Below are positions 26,101 through 39,349 of a stretch of 64,000 bases of DNA, piece by piece. Positions within the stretch are counted from its first letter, which is position 1. Every line of letters begins with the position of its first letter. The notes under the pieces are model-generated. The model was not told where the DNA came from and made no database searches. It worked only from the letters and a program-made list of their open reading frames with translations. The translations under genes and the position numbers were made by a program. Origin of the DNA: Botryllus schlosseri (taxonomy: Eukaryota); NCBI GenBank assembly GCA_051294905.1, contig CM119383.1:868001-932000 (forward strand), read 5' to 3'.

Positions 26101-29100
26101 ATTAGTCCAGAAAAGGTTGATTGTAATGCAGGAAGAATTGTTTCTCTGCATGCTCACCCAGCTAAACTCGTCCTGCAAGGGTAAATCTGTCACATATCGC
26201 CCTTTACGTCGTCGATTTCTTGAGATTGAGAACACGGAGCATTGAATTTCCGAAATTTTTGAATTTTTTTAAATATAAAATATCGGCCGCGATATCGGCC
26301 TTCATAGGCTGATATTGATAATCGGGAAAGGTCTATATACCGGCCTCGATAATCGGCCGACCTCTAGTTTCAACCCTGGTATATTATGAATCCGAGACCT
26401 TCGACATAACCCAAGTGCTTCAAAAAGTGAGTTGAACCTGACATAAACTCGATGACGAACAGTAAACAGTATGGCTCGGGCTCGAACTCGAGTCTCAAGA
26501 GTCAAGACTATGACTCGGTACAACCATGCACGACAGCGACAGACAAGAACATTAACGACTCATCACCTTCTTTCGCAGCCTCCTCGCTTCCGCTGAATAT
26601 GTTGGAAAAGCTGTTTTTCAGTTCTGAACAAATCAAAGCCTCATTTCACGACTGTTGAAAATCATAAGAGCAGGTCCCTTACTTTCCAACGTGGAGGCTT
26701 CGTCTTCGCTAAGTGGTGGTTCTTCTTCTTCTGCAGCAGTGGCGTTTGTGGCGTTGGTTTCAAAAACCGCTTCGACCTGAATAGAATTTCAAATAGTATC
26801 GGTAGATGCAGACAGACAAGTGCTGTAGCTTTTATGGAAGCAGACGTCTTCAGTAAAGGAGCACCACTACTTTATTACGAGTACTCAAGAAGTGATTGTG
26901 TGTCATTGGCCGGGTTGTGATCAAGCCACAAGCCTCCGAGTCGCAAGTCAATCACACTTTTACAGTTTTGACTCGAGTCAAGTCGAGTCATTTCAATTCA
27001 CCACCGAGTCAAGTCGCGAGCAGAAGATCGAGTTCCAGTCATAGTGACTCGAATACGAGTCCAAGTCATTGCAATGACTGTTCAGTTCAGTTAAAATCTT
27101 ATTAAACTCAAATTTTACAACTCTGCATGATAGGATTGAATGTATCACATTCATAATACACTAATTATAATCACTTTTAGCAGTTTCTGGTCGCATTTTC
27201 AAGTACCAGTACCAACAGACAAAATACCAATAGCATGGTGACTTTAGTATTCTTCGAAATTACAATAAAGTGACGGTCTTGGCGGTCCGAGTCTCTCGTC
27301 ATACGACCTGTTTCGAGTCTTGCACAATGACTCGATTACAAGTTGAGCCATTTTCCGTATTTTGAGGAAATGACTCGAGTCAAGTCGAGTTAACAAAAAA
27401 TCGCGAATTGAGTCGTTACAACTCTGGTCATTGGATTACATGCACTTCAACAGTTTTTTTTAGCAAAACAGCTATTTACTTTTTGCATTTCGAATTTGGC
27501 CGGTAGCTTCTCTAGAAGCAGAACACGGTCAGTAATTAAATAATTATACTTCTTTAGAGTGCTGAGGTTGATTTTGTTCACTTGCAGCGCCCACACAAGT
27601 GGTTCTGTTTTTAGGCTGCCTCCATTTCCAGTTGTACAGTTTTGTTCGGGGAAAGCAGTAATCTCCATCGTCATTTCTTGTTTTCCAGAAAATGCTACAG
27701 AGAACTCCATAGTGAAAAATGCACCGAGTTTTCTGTACATACATCTACCATTCTCATACTTATGAAAATAAACTCTACTCACCTCTTCCAAGTTCAATAT
27801 TCCGTCGGCGTCCATCCTGAAATGAGCTTTGATACCTTTAGACTCTGTGTCGTTCTTGTTGCCATGCGTTTCGTACGCCACGTCCACTCCTTGAAGACTG
27901 ACTTTTGTCAGGTTCTTGGTCCCGAAAATGCTAAAATATACAAGATACTTGGAAAAGATGATCAAAAATTCATGGTGTACGTTGAAACCAACCTCATTTG
28001 ATCCGATGAGAGGAACTTTAGATCTCCGTAACTGACGTAAAAATTGAAATCGTTGTAGAATCTGAAAATATGCCATCATTAAGAGCTAGACTGATATCGG
28101 ATTTTCTAACCGATACCGATAACTAGCACCGTAAACCCCGATTTATTCAGCCGAAATTCAAAAGATATCTCGCTTAAGGCGCATTTCCAAAACTTCACTG
28201 CATTTGAATAGTTTTACGGTGATTGCTACGCTTGGCCATGAAATAAACTAGAAAAGCTGCATTTGAACGCCTGTAAGCCATGAGATATAGATCAATACTC
28301 CCAGTTTAGCACTCCCATGTTATAGTTCTGAGTGCTACCTGCTACCATGCTGTAACGTCACGAAAATTGCTCACATCTTTCACCCGACATAGTTATTTCA
28401 TTGAAAGTTTGAAATCAACTCTATATTGCCGGAATCGGTGGAGTTTAAGTCATAATATAAGGTCTTGCCCAAAAAAGTGTTCTAACAAACCTATTGAAAG
28501 TAATAACTTTTCTTTGAGGGTATGGATTATTTCTTTGAAACAAAGTTTTTTTGATGTTCTTCGTAGTCGTGGTACCGTTATCATGAGTCGTCACGCGATC
28601 GAAAGCGACCTGAAAGAGGAAATTCTTCTAACCACAGACCAAAAATCACTTTCAACGATCTTACATCTATGGGATAAGTCGCACCAGCCTTGACGTGAAA
28701 CGTTTTCACCCGAAACGCTTTGGAACGCGCGGCCGCTTCGTAGGAGGCACCAAGTGCTGGAGCTTCGTCTGCGTTCAAGCTTTTGCCGAGTGCCGATCTG
28801 AAAATCAATGTATGGAGTTGAAAGAAACTGTTACGTTAAGGAAAATGAAGATGAATTTGTGCCATTCTAATGACTAGCGTGCCAAAACAGTATGAAAGAT
28901 GTGAAAAGTTCAAATATATACATAAAGAATACCACAAAGAACATAACGCCAGTTTTACATCACAACAAAGATGATTCGTTATTTTATCGAACTTTGTGAA
29001 AATGCTGCAGGTTGATCACGACTTCACAGATACGTCATGTCAATGACAACGACAATATAATTTCAGTAAGAAATCATCTCTCACTATTCGACTCATTAGA

Positions 29101-32100
29101 ACAGTGGTTCTCAACCTTTTTGTCTTCGCGGACCCCTTTCGGGCTGTCACGGACCCCCACGAAGTTTTAGTTCAAATTTAGCTCGCTTATCGTCGTCAGT
29201 CTTGTGCAAATGATAACTGTGGGGTTAGTGAAATGAACAGCATCGAAATGACTTTTCTTGAAAACAAGATCATATACTATTCATGTAGAAATTGGGTTGA
29301 CTATTATTTCAAAGCGAATTCTGAATTTCTTGAACTAGGTGGTCGTGTCTTGAAAATCCGCCCCTTCGATTTGATATGAACGACTGCCGAAAATCCATTC
29401 CCACAAATATAGGTGGTGGCGAATGTAATCATAACAACATTTGAGTATGATCGCAACAAATATGGAACCAAAATTGACGAACAAATTTCTTCAATGAACA
29501 TATGACGTCAAGCCTGGTCATTTCTATCTAGCAGCTTATCTTGAAGTTATTATGGAGAAAGTGGTTGTGTATATCACAGGAGAAATGAATTTTTGTAAAG
29601 AATTCGAAGTCACCGGAATTGACCTTACTCATCCAACTTTTTTTCCACAATCCCTACCAAAACATCTCGAAACAGAAAAATGTCTGTATCAGTAGGCTAT
29701 TGGAAATTTAGCAATTAATATGAGTCTACGCAGTAGGATATTTCATCTCAGATGGCCATGCTGTCGATGTGAGCTCTGGAGTTTCACTAGTAATGAAGCG
29801 AAACTGCCTCGTGATTTCCGAATTTAAATAATACAAAATAGGTTATCAACTATTTTGAGGCTTTGCGGACCTCCAGGGGTCCGCGAAACCCCCGGTTGAG
29901 AAGCACTGCATTAGAATTAATAATTGAATCACTGCGCCCAGCCCTACTAATGACGCTGCGTTTAAAATAGTTTGATCATTCACTTTATTTTGATATTAGA
30001 AAAACAGGTGTGACCACTTTTCGCAGTAGCTTCAAACCACCCATTTTTGTGTAGGGTGTTCTCTTTGGCAACTAGGTGCTTACCAGCAGTGCATTGGCAT
30101 GATGCAAAAGTTCATAAAATAAACTCACAATCCCGTCTCTGCCAACAGCATTTCTTGCACTTTTGGAACTCTGGTTCCACCACCGACCAATATGACTTTG
30201 CTGACGGAATCCTGCAGTTTTCGATTGAAAATGTCTCAAAATCACAACTATTATGGCTTTTTCTGCAGCCGACATCACTAACCATCGTGATGGAGGCAGA
30301 CAGAAGAGATTCCTGCAGAGGTTTCGCGACGCGTGGCCACAGATCACTGCACAATTCTTCGAGTGTTTCGCGCGATACTCTCGTTGAGAAATCTTCATCG
30401 TCGATAAGCGATTCCACCTAAGTAAGACGCTTTTTAAACTTAGGCAAGCCACATTACTGACCAACTTCAGTCAACACACCCTTGCGTTATGTTCGGCGTT
30501 CGCGCTCAGAACCAATTTCAATCTTCGCGCTTCTTTCAGCAATTTTGCCATTGCTTTTGGGCTTGTGCGAACATCGCTCTTGGTCTTCTTTTTAGCGTCA
30601 AATTCCTGAGCCAGAATCAACGTATTCAGACAGCTGCAACACACGGTGGCCGTACTCTATACCTTGATCAAATGTTCACGGAGCCGGAATTCAATTTCCG
30701 ATCCTCCCAGAGTCCGATCGAATCCGACCCCTTTTATGGATAGTTGTGGGTCCGTGATCCCGTTCACTTTGACAATTTCGTATGCTGGAAAGATGGATGT
30801 GATTGCCAATAACTCTTACCGGTGGACCATCGCGTATTGCAAAAAAATGTGAATACGTACCCACTACGGCAGCAGTTGTACTCGTCGCCCCCATATCGTA
30901 AAATAAAATGTACGTAGCGGAAGCGTTGATATCATTTCTTCTAAACACGCCATAGTTCAAGGCAGCTGCAAAGAAAATTGCAAAGTAGATAACATAAACT
31001 GATAAGATTCTTGGACAGAGTTGTACTGACTCGAGTCAATACTCGACTCATGATTTTTTTAGCGACTCGACTTGAGTCATTTTCGGCTGACATATTATCA
31101 CTGGCAATCGTCAGGAAATAGTAGCGAATTCAGGACAGTATTGTAAATCAACAGCGGTATCTTAAAATATTAGGTCACAGGCACGGAATGCTTATGCGTA
31201 CGGATGGCATAAGCTTGATGTATTTCTGTTAACAATGTAGGCCTAATGAATCTAATTACTGGTCTTCTTGAAATTGCCAGAGGAGAACTGTATGCTTCGA
31301 AACAAGCCATGCTTGCTGTAAAGACATCGGACATTCTTTTGCTTATGGGAATGGGGTCTGATATGATCCGCACTTGATTGAATACACAAGTTTTCTTGCG
31401 AATTCAGTAGGGGAGAGGAGGCCAAGATGAGACACGGGGCAAGATGAGACATGCAATTTTTTCATAGAAAAATTTGCTGATGGACAGATTCCTTCAACTA
31501 TGTTGTTCCCATAATGCCATTCCATAGTCCTACCATATTAACCAGGCAAACAGATTTGAGGTTGGGCAGAAAACTGCCAAAAACTATATTTTCATAGCCT
31601 ATGTCAGTTATGTGAATTCATGTTTGTAAGGGCATACCTATCATAGTACTTAATATTATAAAACAAGAATGCTGGAGCTGGTTGAGTGCAATATTAGCAG
31701 TGTAATCATGCGCTTACATCTGAAAAGTAACGGACAGAAATTTTTTCATTCCAATTTATATGTAAATTTAGGTATGGGAGTAAGATGAGACAAAATCATG
31801 GGGGTAAGATGAGACATGGGTATCAGAGGGCTTTTCTATTGAAGGCCTCGGAAGATTAAAAATTTACTGTTGAAGGCACACAAAATGTATTATTTATCTA
31901 GTAGTTTACCAGATGTGACATTACAAGACAAAATGATAACGAAACTCTTATCTCATGGTTAATTGGTTTTCGATGTCATTTATATTTGTATATGATTATC
32001 CAATTCTTTTTAAAAATGAATTATTTCATGATTATTATATTTTATTCACAATGTTGCTGGTTGATTCATCATTTGGGATGAATTGGTGGTGTAATGAGCA

Positions 32101-35100
32101 TAAATTGCTTGGTGTCTCATCTTAAACACAGTCTTTCTCATCTTACCCTCACCTGGGGGTAAGTTGAGACATTTGAGCAAGGATTTTTGAGGGCCAAGAA
32201 ATTCATCAGTATGTTGTTCAATATAACTCAAGCCATCGTCATAGAAAGTAGAGATCACAGGCTTTCCATTGGTACCAAAATTAATCCTCAGAAGGCATTA
32301 CTCTTTGAGTGGCCTTGAATTATCAGAAAAGTGTCTCATCTTGGCCTCCTCTCCCCTAATTCTAATCTAATTTTGAAAAACTGTCGCTATAATTCTAAGT
32401 CTAATCTAACATTGAAAGTCGAACATTTTCTAGCTATCCAACTCTAGCTCGATATATTTAAATCAAAATCGAGCCACAATGGAAATTCTCACCTGCGGTG
32501 GAGACGTCCATGATTTGAGAGGAGGGCAAACCCGCCAGGTTGGCAGCGTATAAAAGCATAGAGCGTTCGGCTTGATTGAAGTAAACCGGCACAGTGATAA
32601 TAGTGGAATCCACGGATTGTTCTGGAATGAGGATATAAAGTGGGAGTTTTAGTCAAGGATTGGATGCATGGAGATTATCATTGTTGCTATTTAACAATTA
32701 TTAAATCGCCTGAATGCCAGGTTAGGAACCACGGAATCAAACAGGGTTGTAATGACTTGAGTCAAGTTGAACATGGCCGGAACTGGAAACTGAACACAAT
32801 TACTTGGACTTGTCTCGGTGGTGAATTGAGAATGTCTCGGCTTGATTCGAGTCAAAACTATAAAAGTGAGATTGCCTTGTGACTCTGAACCTTGGAACAG
32901 CCTTTGAACTAAAACTCTTCAAGCCCTGTTGTCAAATCGACCATCGATCAGTCAGGAGTGACGAGATATGGCATTGATTAAAAATGAAACATGACAATGA
33001 AAGTAGTCAATAAACAGTACAAGAAAACAAATTAGCAAAAATACGTACGCGCATATTCTTCTGCCAACGATTTAGAGTAGTTCAAAGTCATAGCCAATAA
33101 TTCTTCGGGTGAATAAATAGTGTTTTCGTCATGCCTGAAATATATTTCGATTGTTGTTAGTTAAAGGTTCCGAACAAGCTACAAACAAGCTACTGATCCA
33201 GTCAGCTGATGGCCAAGATTACCAGACCACGATCTGACATATAAACCATGCCTATCGACACATCAGTCATTCATTTTCATCAGCGTTCGTTTTATGTAAT
33301 CCATTTTTTATTCCCATCCAGTGTGGATGTCTCTTAACATCGCCTAGGCCCAGGTGGGTGTCTGATTTCAAAGACTACTCCAAATCGTTTCTACCTTTTC
33401 ATTGTATCGCAGTTTTGTGGTGTTTTGAAATGATGAAAATTATTATTAAATTATACTGATAGTTACTGGTTTTTAAGTAGTTCTAGTTGTAAATTTTGAA
33501 AATTGAGTAGTTCTAGTTCTCACTTCGCCTTTTGAAAGTACTTAGTTGCCAAATAACTAGAAAACACATGTCATCGTGAATCTGTTGTGTGATGTTCTAG
33601 CAGCCATTGCTAGCTCAGAGTTATCACTACCAACAGTGGCGTAGCCAGGGGGCTGGGTTTTGACTAATCACATTTCAGTGTCGAAGCCCCTAACGGCCTA
33701 ACCCATCACTAATGTCTATGTCAAGTATTTCTAAGCTAATTTGTGATTCCGTAGTTCGCTTCGGAATTGAATCTAATTGTGTTTCAGTTAGTTAGTTGTG
33801 GATTTCTAAAGGTCGTTATTCTAGTTCTTGTTACGATTCTCGTGCTAGTTGCACATTTTGAAAATACAGCAGTTTGTAATAGTGTGAAAGTTTTAATTGT
33901 TCATGTCCATTCGAAGTAAATCACCTGAATTGCACGTATCCCGTGACTGGGTCTTCCACTAGTTCATAGTAAGGATATCGCTTCTTATATTCCTGGACTA
34001 TGGGATTGTCCATTTTCTTTGCGAGCAATTCCAGCATGTAGACGTAGGTGTTCTTTGGAAACCGAACACCCTGCGATTGGAAAAACGGGCTATGAATCAG
34101 CATCAATTTTGGATCTAGCGTATTTTCATATCCACGTCAGTAAAGTGCTCCCCATGACCACCCTGATTGGCGTTCTACGTGAATATCTCAAAGTGATTGG
34201 CGTTTCACATGATCATTAACCGTGTTCTCCACGAAACTCGATGTACGCACGTCGGAGATCCACATGTGTATAATTAGTTGAGGGTTGCGGCCAGACTTGT
34301 ACAAACTTTAATAAAGTTGGTTGATGGTCGACTAACTACTAGTTATTTGAGTAGTTCTAGCTGTGCATTTAGAAAAGTAAGTAGTCATAGTTACAGTAGC
34401 TAGTTTTGAAAAATTAAAACTTCTAGTTCCAGTATCAAATCTTGAAAAGTGAGTAGTTCTAGTTCTACTAGACGGTTTTGAAAAGTAAATAGTTTTAGTT
34501 CTAGTAGCTAATTTTGAAAACTGAGTAGTCCTAGTTATAGTTGCTGGTTTTGAAAATCTTCTAGTTCTAATCTCAAATTTTGAAAAGTGAGCAGTTCTAG
34601 TTGTAGTTTTGAAAAGTGAGTAGTTCTAGCTCTAGTAGTTTTGAAAAGCGAGTAGTTCTAGTTATAGTTGCTAGCCTTCAAAAATGAAAAACTTGACTTT
34701 AGTTCTGGTTTCAAATTTTGAATAGTAATTTGTACTAGTTCTAGATGCTAGTTTTAAAAAGTGACTAATTCTAGTTCTAGTTCTAATAGCGAGTTTTGAA
34801 AAGTGAGTAATTCTAGTTTTAGTCGCTAGTTTTGCAATTCCAGTGGTTTATACAAGCCTGGTATATCATAGGAGCATTCCTAATCCCTACCTCAAACCCA
34901 ATCGTACTACACCCCGACCCTAACCCCCATCACATATAACCATGCATATATCGAACTTCATGGCGAACAATGTTGTTGATCACATGAAAATCCACAAATT
35001 TTGAGATGTTCACAGCGAACACTAATTGCAGTGGACCATCAATATATTCTAAAACAAGCGACACACCTGCGCTACCGCTGCACTGCCGAATAAACGTTCC

Positions 35101-35715
35101 CCGTCTTTCAAGGCAACTGCGACTTCAGTTTTTCGTTTCGTTTCCCTGTACAAAATTATGTAAATATTGATGTCATGCCATTTCCGAAACGTACGGCCTA
35201 GGGCTTGGAGAAATTGGGAACCAGAGCGATTCGATTCAGAACCGAGTACTCGAACCATTGCGCCTGTCCCTACTCAGTAGAATAATAGGCAGTGAGTTCC
35301 ACCCACTTGTTCAAAACGATCTCCATCGGAACTCCAGGCTTGACGATTGCAATTTTCATCCATTCGCTCCCGAGATCAACCGACATCACGGTGATGGAGT
35401 CTGAATTAAAGCGATTTGTTCAAAATAAAACATAATCCATGCGATGTATGGAACTTCAACATACAATTGAATAACATATATTGAAATAAACCCGAACGTT
35501 TCCGGGGTAATCGTCAGCAACTTGTAGAGAATTGGAAAGAACATTGTATATCAGCAATTGTATGCTGGTTCCTGACGATTGCCCCTGGCGAGTGTCAGCC
35601 GAAAACATTCAGGTTCATTTCTACATGAATACTATTCAAGTCCAGGCGACGTGCGCTTACCTGATTCTTGGAATAAAGCTCCCAGAAATAGCAGACATAT
35701 TGGAAGATATTTCAT
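20138..35715 (-). CDS. HYOU1: Hypoxia up-regulated protein 1 (GRP170/ORP150), ER lumenal Hsp70-family nucleotide exchange factor
   Basis: 26 exons: 35661-35715 (signal peptide [15 protein letters not shown]), 35307-35400 ([27 protein letters not shown]), 35067-35145, 33925-34070, 33049-33134, 32493-32621 ([12 protein letters not shown]), 30861-30965 ([15 protein letters not shown]), 30663-30784, 30480-30605, 30283-30417, 30129-30211 ([14 protein letters not shown]), 28665-28797 (LNADEA), 28491-28609, 27993-28061, 27783-27930 (SKGIKAHF), 26683-26776, 26567-26623, 24976-25125, 24432-24564, 24268-24370, 23443-23550, 22396-22614, 21680-21787, 21538-21613, 21000-21101, 20138-20253 (ends PPKQEL*, a KDEL-like ER retention signal). 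Total 2895 nt, in frame. Confidence 0.96.
20418..20855. mobile_element. hAT-type MITE, GACTCGAGTC-rich family
   Basis: TIR cagggttgt(a/g)at and TSD gactgcaa/gactgcag. Confidence 0.8.
22937..22970 (-). ncRNA. Minimal type I hammerhead-like motif (G12A variant), HYOU1 intron, sense to HYOU1
   Basis: The reverse complement reads ACCC-CTGACGA-G-TGTCAGC-C-[A]AAA-ATATT-C-GGGC. Same repeat family as 43600-43633, 35581-35614 and 24877-24900. Confidence 0.5.
25452..26378. mobile_element. GACTCGAGTC-family MITE interrupted by another MITE (25870-26366)
   Basis: Outer cagggttgt..acaac[insert]cctg with perfect TSD gtatatta. Inner TIR tagaggtcgaccgat/atcggccgacctcta with TSD gttacaac/gtttcaac. The whole lies inside an older GACTC-family copy spanning ~25259-26525. 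Confidence 0.82.
29102..29908 (-). mobile_element. Internally deleted hAT (Charlie/Buster-like) element in a HYOU1 intron
   Basis: TIR cagtggttctcaacc/ggttgagaagcactg and perfect TSD cattagaa. Minus ORF 29304-29501 contains [22 protein letters not shown], matching the hAT C-terminal F.TTYLCE.GFS....K motif. Confidence 0.9.
31410..32356. mobile_element. Tc1/mariner-pogo-like non-autonomous element
   Basis: Perfect 26-bp TIR ggggagaggaggccaagatgagacac flanked by TA on both sides, with subterminal aagatgagaca repeats. Superfamily is inferred from the TA flank. Confidence 0.8.
34292..34860. mobile_element. MITE-like element (CAGACTTGTACAA termini) filled with an AGTAGTTCTAGTT/TTTTGAAAAGTG minisatellite
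   Basis: Termini cagacttgtacaa/ttatacaagcctg, no TSD match. The same minisatellite occurs at ~33460-33560, 44780-45240 and, reversed, 46536-46760. Confidence 0.6.
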
Positions 35716-36806
35716 CTTGCCACTTTGAACGGTCTTGACAGTGGATATAATACAATAACTTATCTATTCATAACCAAACGCTGCAAAAAATCCCACTCTT
35801 TGCAATATGACTCGGGCTATATCGACCACTGCTTGCACGTCAGTACACCAATGCATAGGCTAGGTGTAAGGACAAAGCATTACACAGGTTTATTTCATAT
35901 GAATATATTATTTAATCACACAATGAAGTACTGCACCTACATTGGTCTATTCCTTTGTACGAACGTGAATTATTTCAATACTCAAAGCAAATTTTCAACT
36001 TTTGTAACTTTTGCCAGTAATCTAATTCTGATCTCAACTTGATTAAATGTTAAATGTTTCTATGCTCTCATTTTAATTGTAATCTAATTACTAGGTTTCC
36101 TGAAATTTCTACAGCAGAACTGTATCGTTCGAAACGAGCCAAGCTCGCAGTACAGACATTTGCCAGGGTTATTTTAATCTGATTTTGATAAAAATAACTA
36201 TATAGTTCTAATTCTAATCCAAATTGGAAGAGCTGAAATTTTTCTGGTTGCCTAACTCTGGCAGCAATTGGCTATTTAACAACGCACGCGATTTCCATAT
36301 CGACAGCAACACGTGAGCAATCGGAGCATAGAGGCAACACTTCGTCAAGGCCCACTCAAAATATACTGGATGGATGACACTTCAGGCGAGGCCCATATCG
36401 ATACACACATACATACGACATTGGCCTACAAACATAGCCGGGAAATCGAAATCAGTGCTGCTGTGTGAGCAGGAAACTCGTAGTTTGTGTACGCAAAAAA
36501 ATAACAAAGTATTATTAATTCGCGTCTGGCGCAAAAACAAGCACGCAAGCTACTTCCGGCATGGCCTGACTGGTTTAAGTAACTCTACACGCGGAATACA
36601 ATACGGAAAACGGAGCGCGCGTACCACCCCGATTTCCTAACCGTCCGGTACCAGTTATTTCTTTCGCACTTACAGCTTTTGTTACTATATTCTGTGCAAT
36701 ATCTTGAGTTAGAAATAAGGAAACGTGTCATTTGCAGAGAAAACAATGTCGGAGTCGCGTGTGACTTCCGGGATTGATTGTGATTCTTTCTCACGCATCA
36801 CGCATG

Positions 36807-36817
36807 ATTGGCCAACG
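36807..36817. promoter_or_regulatory. ERSE-II-like ER-stress element upstream of HYOU1
   Basis: ATTGG-C-CAACG versus consensus ATTGG-N-CCACG (1 mismatch), ~1.1 kb upstream of the HYOU1 ATG in a CpG-richer segment, with ACGTGTCA nearby at 36723-36730. Confidence 0.3.
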
Positions 36818-37063
36818 ATAAAACTCGAGCGATATTTTGTTCGCGCTGCAGAAGCCGGGAAGTACTTTTTCGAACATCCCCTAAATTTTTACAACACCGT
36901 GTTTCATCCAGCGTGCACGGCTCTTCTTTACATCTTCTAGGCCAGTGGTTCCTATTTTTTTTGACACGTCGTCGCCCCTTCATCGCGCTCAATATATCTA
37001 TTATCATCGCCTAAAGACTAGCGGTCATCGGTAAACCTATCCATATGCCTTTTCGGTTGTATC

Positions 37064-37508
37064 CAGGACCGCAACTGCCGCACCCAAAACCCTCAATTGG
37101 GGGCGCCGAGGTCGAAGAGGACCCAAAATTATTTCGAGAATTAGCAATTTAGCAAATTTTTCGCGCTCGGCGTGATTTCAATCGGTCAAATATCTTGATT
37201 TTAGGGTACTCTTCCCACAAGAAAAAATACGCAAGATTTATAGAAATGGGCATATCGTCGTTGGCCATTACCGCGCTCCACGACGCGCCAAGTCACATAA
37301 AGTTTTAGGCCATGTAACATTCGACTCCAAGAAGTGTGCCAGAACGATCGGCAGCGAGAAAACCTTGACCGAAAAGTACTGCCCTTATGCTGACCGAAAA
37401 CTTAGTTATATATACGAAGTACTGTCTTGGCAACCGGAACCTTACAAGACAAATGTCATCCCTCTGGGGGGTGGGGTGGGGGGCTGACGAAGTCCTGTTA
37501 CGGCCCTG
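37064..37508. mobile_element. hAT-type MITE, CAGGGCCGTAAC family
   Basis: Termini caggaccgcaac/gttacggccctg and perfect TSD gttgtatc. The interior matches ~1350-1712 in reverse orientation. Confidence 0.82.
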
Positions 37509-37664
37509 GTTGTATCCACACACTCGAGTAGTTTTGCATGTATGATGCTTCTACCTCGGCAGTTTTTTTCGCCCGCTACGGAACGTTATCGCCCATTTTT
37601 TGGGGAGTTACCGTAGTGGTGACTACCGCCGCTACCCTCATTCTGTATATCGCCTAGGTCCAGG

Positions 37665-38639
37665 CAGTGTTGGGATCAAGTCACTACCTTCGAGTCACGA
37701 GTCATCTCGAGTCATTGCAGATTTTGACTCGAGTCAAGTCAAGTCAATCAATTTTCAAAAGTGACTCGAGTCAAGTCAAGTCACTCGTTTTTTTGAGGTG
37801 ACTCGAGTCAAGTAGAGTCAAGTCAAGTCAAGTCACGAGTCAAGTCACAATTCAAGTCAAGTCAAATTGAATTTTCGATGTATGAGTGATGATTCAAAGT
37901 CATTACAATTTGCTAGCTGTGTGAAAGACAAATTAATTGATCAATGCTGATCATTTATCTTGAATCAAATAACGAATATCTAGTTAAATATACCTGCGAA
38001 AAGACGTTGTATCACTCACGCACACGTAGAACTGTTAATAAAATACGTGAGTAACTGCACAGTCACATGCTACAATCAGTTATTATCAGCCAAAATATAG
38101 GACATAATCAACATCTATACATCCGTGAGTAAATAAACGCCCAAACTATATTTGTTTGACTTAACTCATACATAAAGGTTGGTAAAGGTGAGCACTGCGC
38201 AACGTAAGCATTGATCCGTCTAAGAAACAGAGACACATTGCTATTTAGAGTAATCTTCTACTACTACTACTGCTACTACTACGACAACGCAAGCTGTGAT
38301 ACTTTAGTTTGCGGTCTATTTGTTTGTGATCTAACAATCGAGGATCAGTGTATCGTACGATCAGTGAATGACTGGCTGCTCTCACAAGTGACACCGGCGT
38401 ATCTTGAACAATCCGAACATACACAAGATACAGTGATTTATTCGACACCGTTTACTTGATGACTTGAAATTGACTCGTAAATTTTGCTCCGAGTCACGAG
38501 TCAATGCGCATTTTTAAAGCTTCGAGTCAAGTCAAGTCAAGTCATTTTTCCAAAGTGACTCGAGTCAAGTCAAGTCATACGAAAAAGTTGACTCGAGTCT
38601 GACTCGAGTCAAGTCATGACTCGAGTCATCCCAACACTG
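37665..38639. mobile_element. hAT-type MITE (GACTCGAGTC-rich, internal (ACT)n tract) inserted in a LINE 3' UTR copy
   Basis: TIR cagtgttggga/tcccaacactg and perfect TSD ggtccagg. Confidence 0.88.
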
Positions 38640-39349
38640 GGTCCAGGTGGGTGGCCTATCTGATTTCTAAGACTACTCCAATAAGTCGTTTCGACACCTT
38701 TCCATCGTTTCATTGTATCGCAGTATTGTGATGTTTTGAAATGATGAAAACATTATTAAACTGATACGCAATTACGTTCAATTCATGTCGTTAGCCCAAG
38801 CGTTGGAGGTTCATCTGAGCTCATATTTCCGTGTGTCGCCGTTCTTACTGTGGCAAAAAAGCGAAGTGTGTTGGAAATTCGATAGCTAACCATTAACCTC
38901 CCATCATGAGTAAGGATACCTCATATCGAAAGTATTATGGAATCGCGGGTACGTTTGAGTTGTTGTTTTTGATACTCGGGTATATCGGTTTTTATCTGTA
39001 CGATACGTGAACATGAACACGTCCACTGTAGTATACTCTTACTCTGCGGTGTGTGAATTGAACTGATATTATCAAGTGAAAAAAATGATATCAAGTTGCA
39101 GAACAGTACAGATTCATGTCATCAGTAAAGACTGACATAGCATGATCACTACTAGTCAACCCTCAAGGAAAGGAAGTTACGTGTTAGGTGTTTTTGCGGC
39201 ATATACACCGGCCCATGACACGATCTGCGCTTGTATACCATTTACTGGACCACGATCTCGCCTTCCGTCAGATGTCACCTCATTTTGTCGCTTGTCTTTT
39301 ACTATGCATTCGGTGTGCAGTGCATGCCTCAATTTTACATCCCCTGAGC

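Noticed and set aside
27447-28079. Longest ORF (210 aa) as a standalone gene
   Set aside because: It is HYOU1 exon 15 with a chance open frame through the flanking introns and exon 14 (which is read in another frame).
37680-38630. GACTCGAGTC/GTCAA clusters as a CRISPR-like or regulatory array
   Set aside because: They are subterminal repeats of a MITE family with TIRs and 8-bp TSDs.
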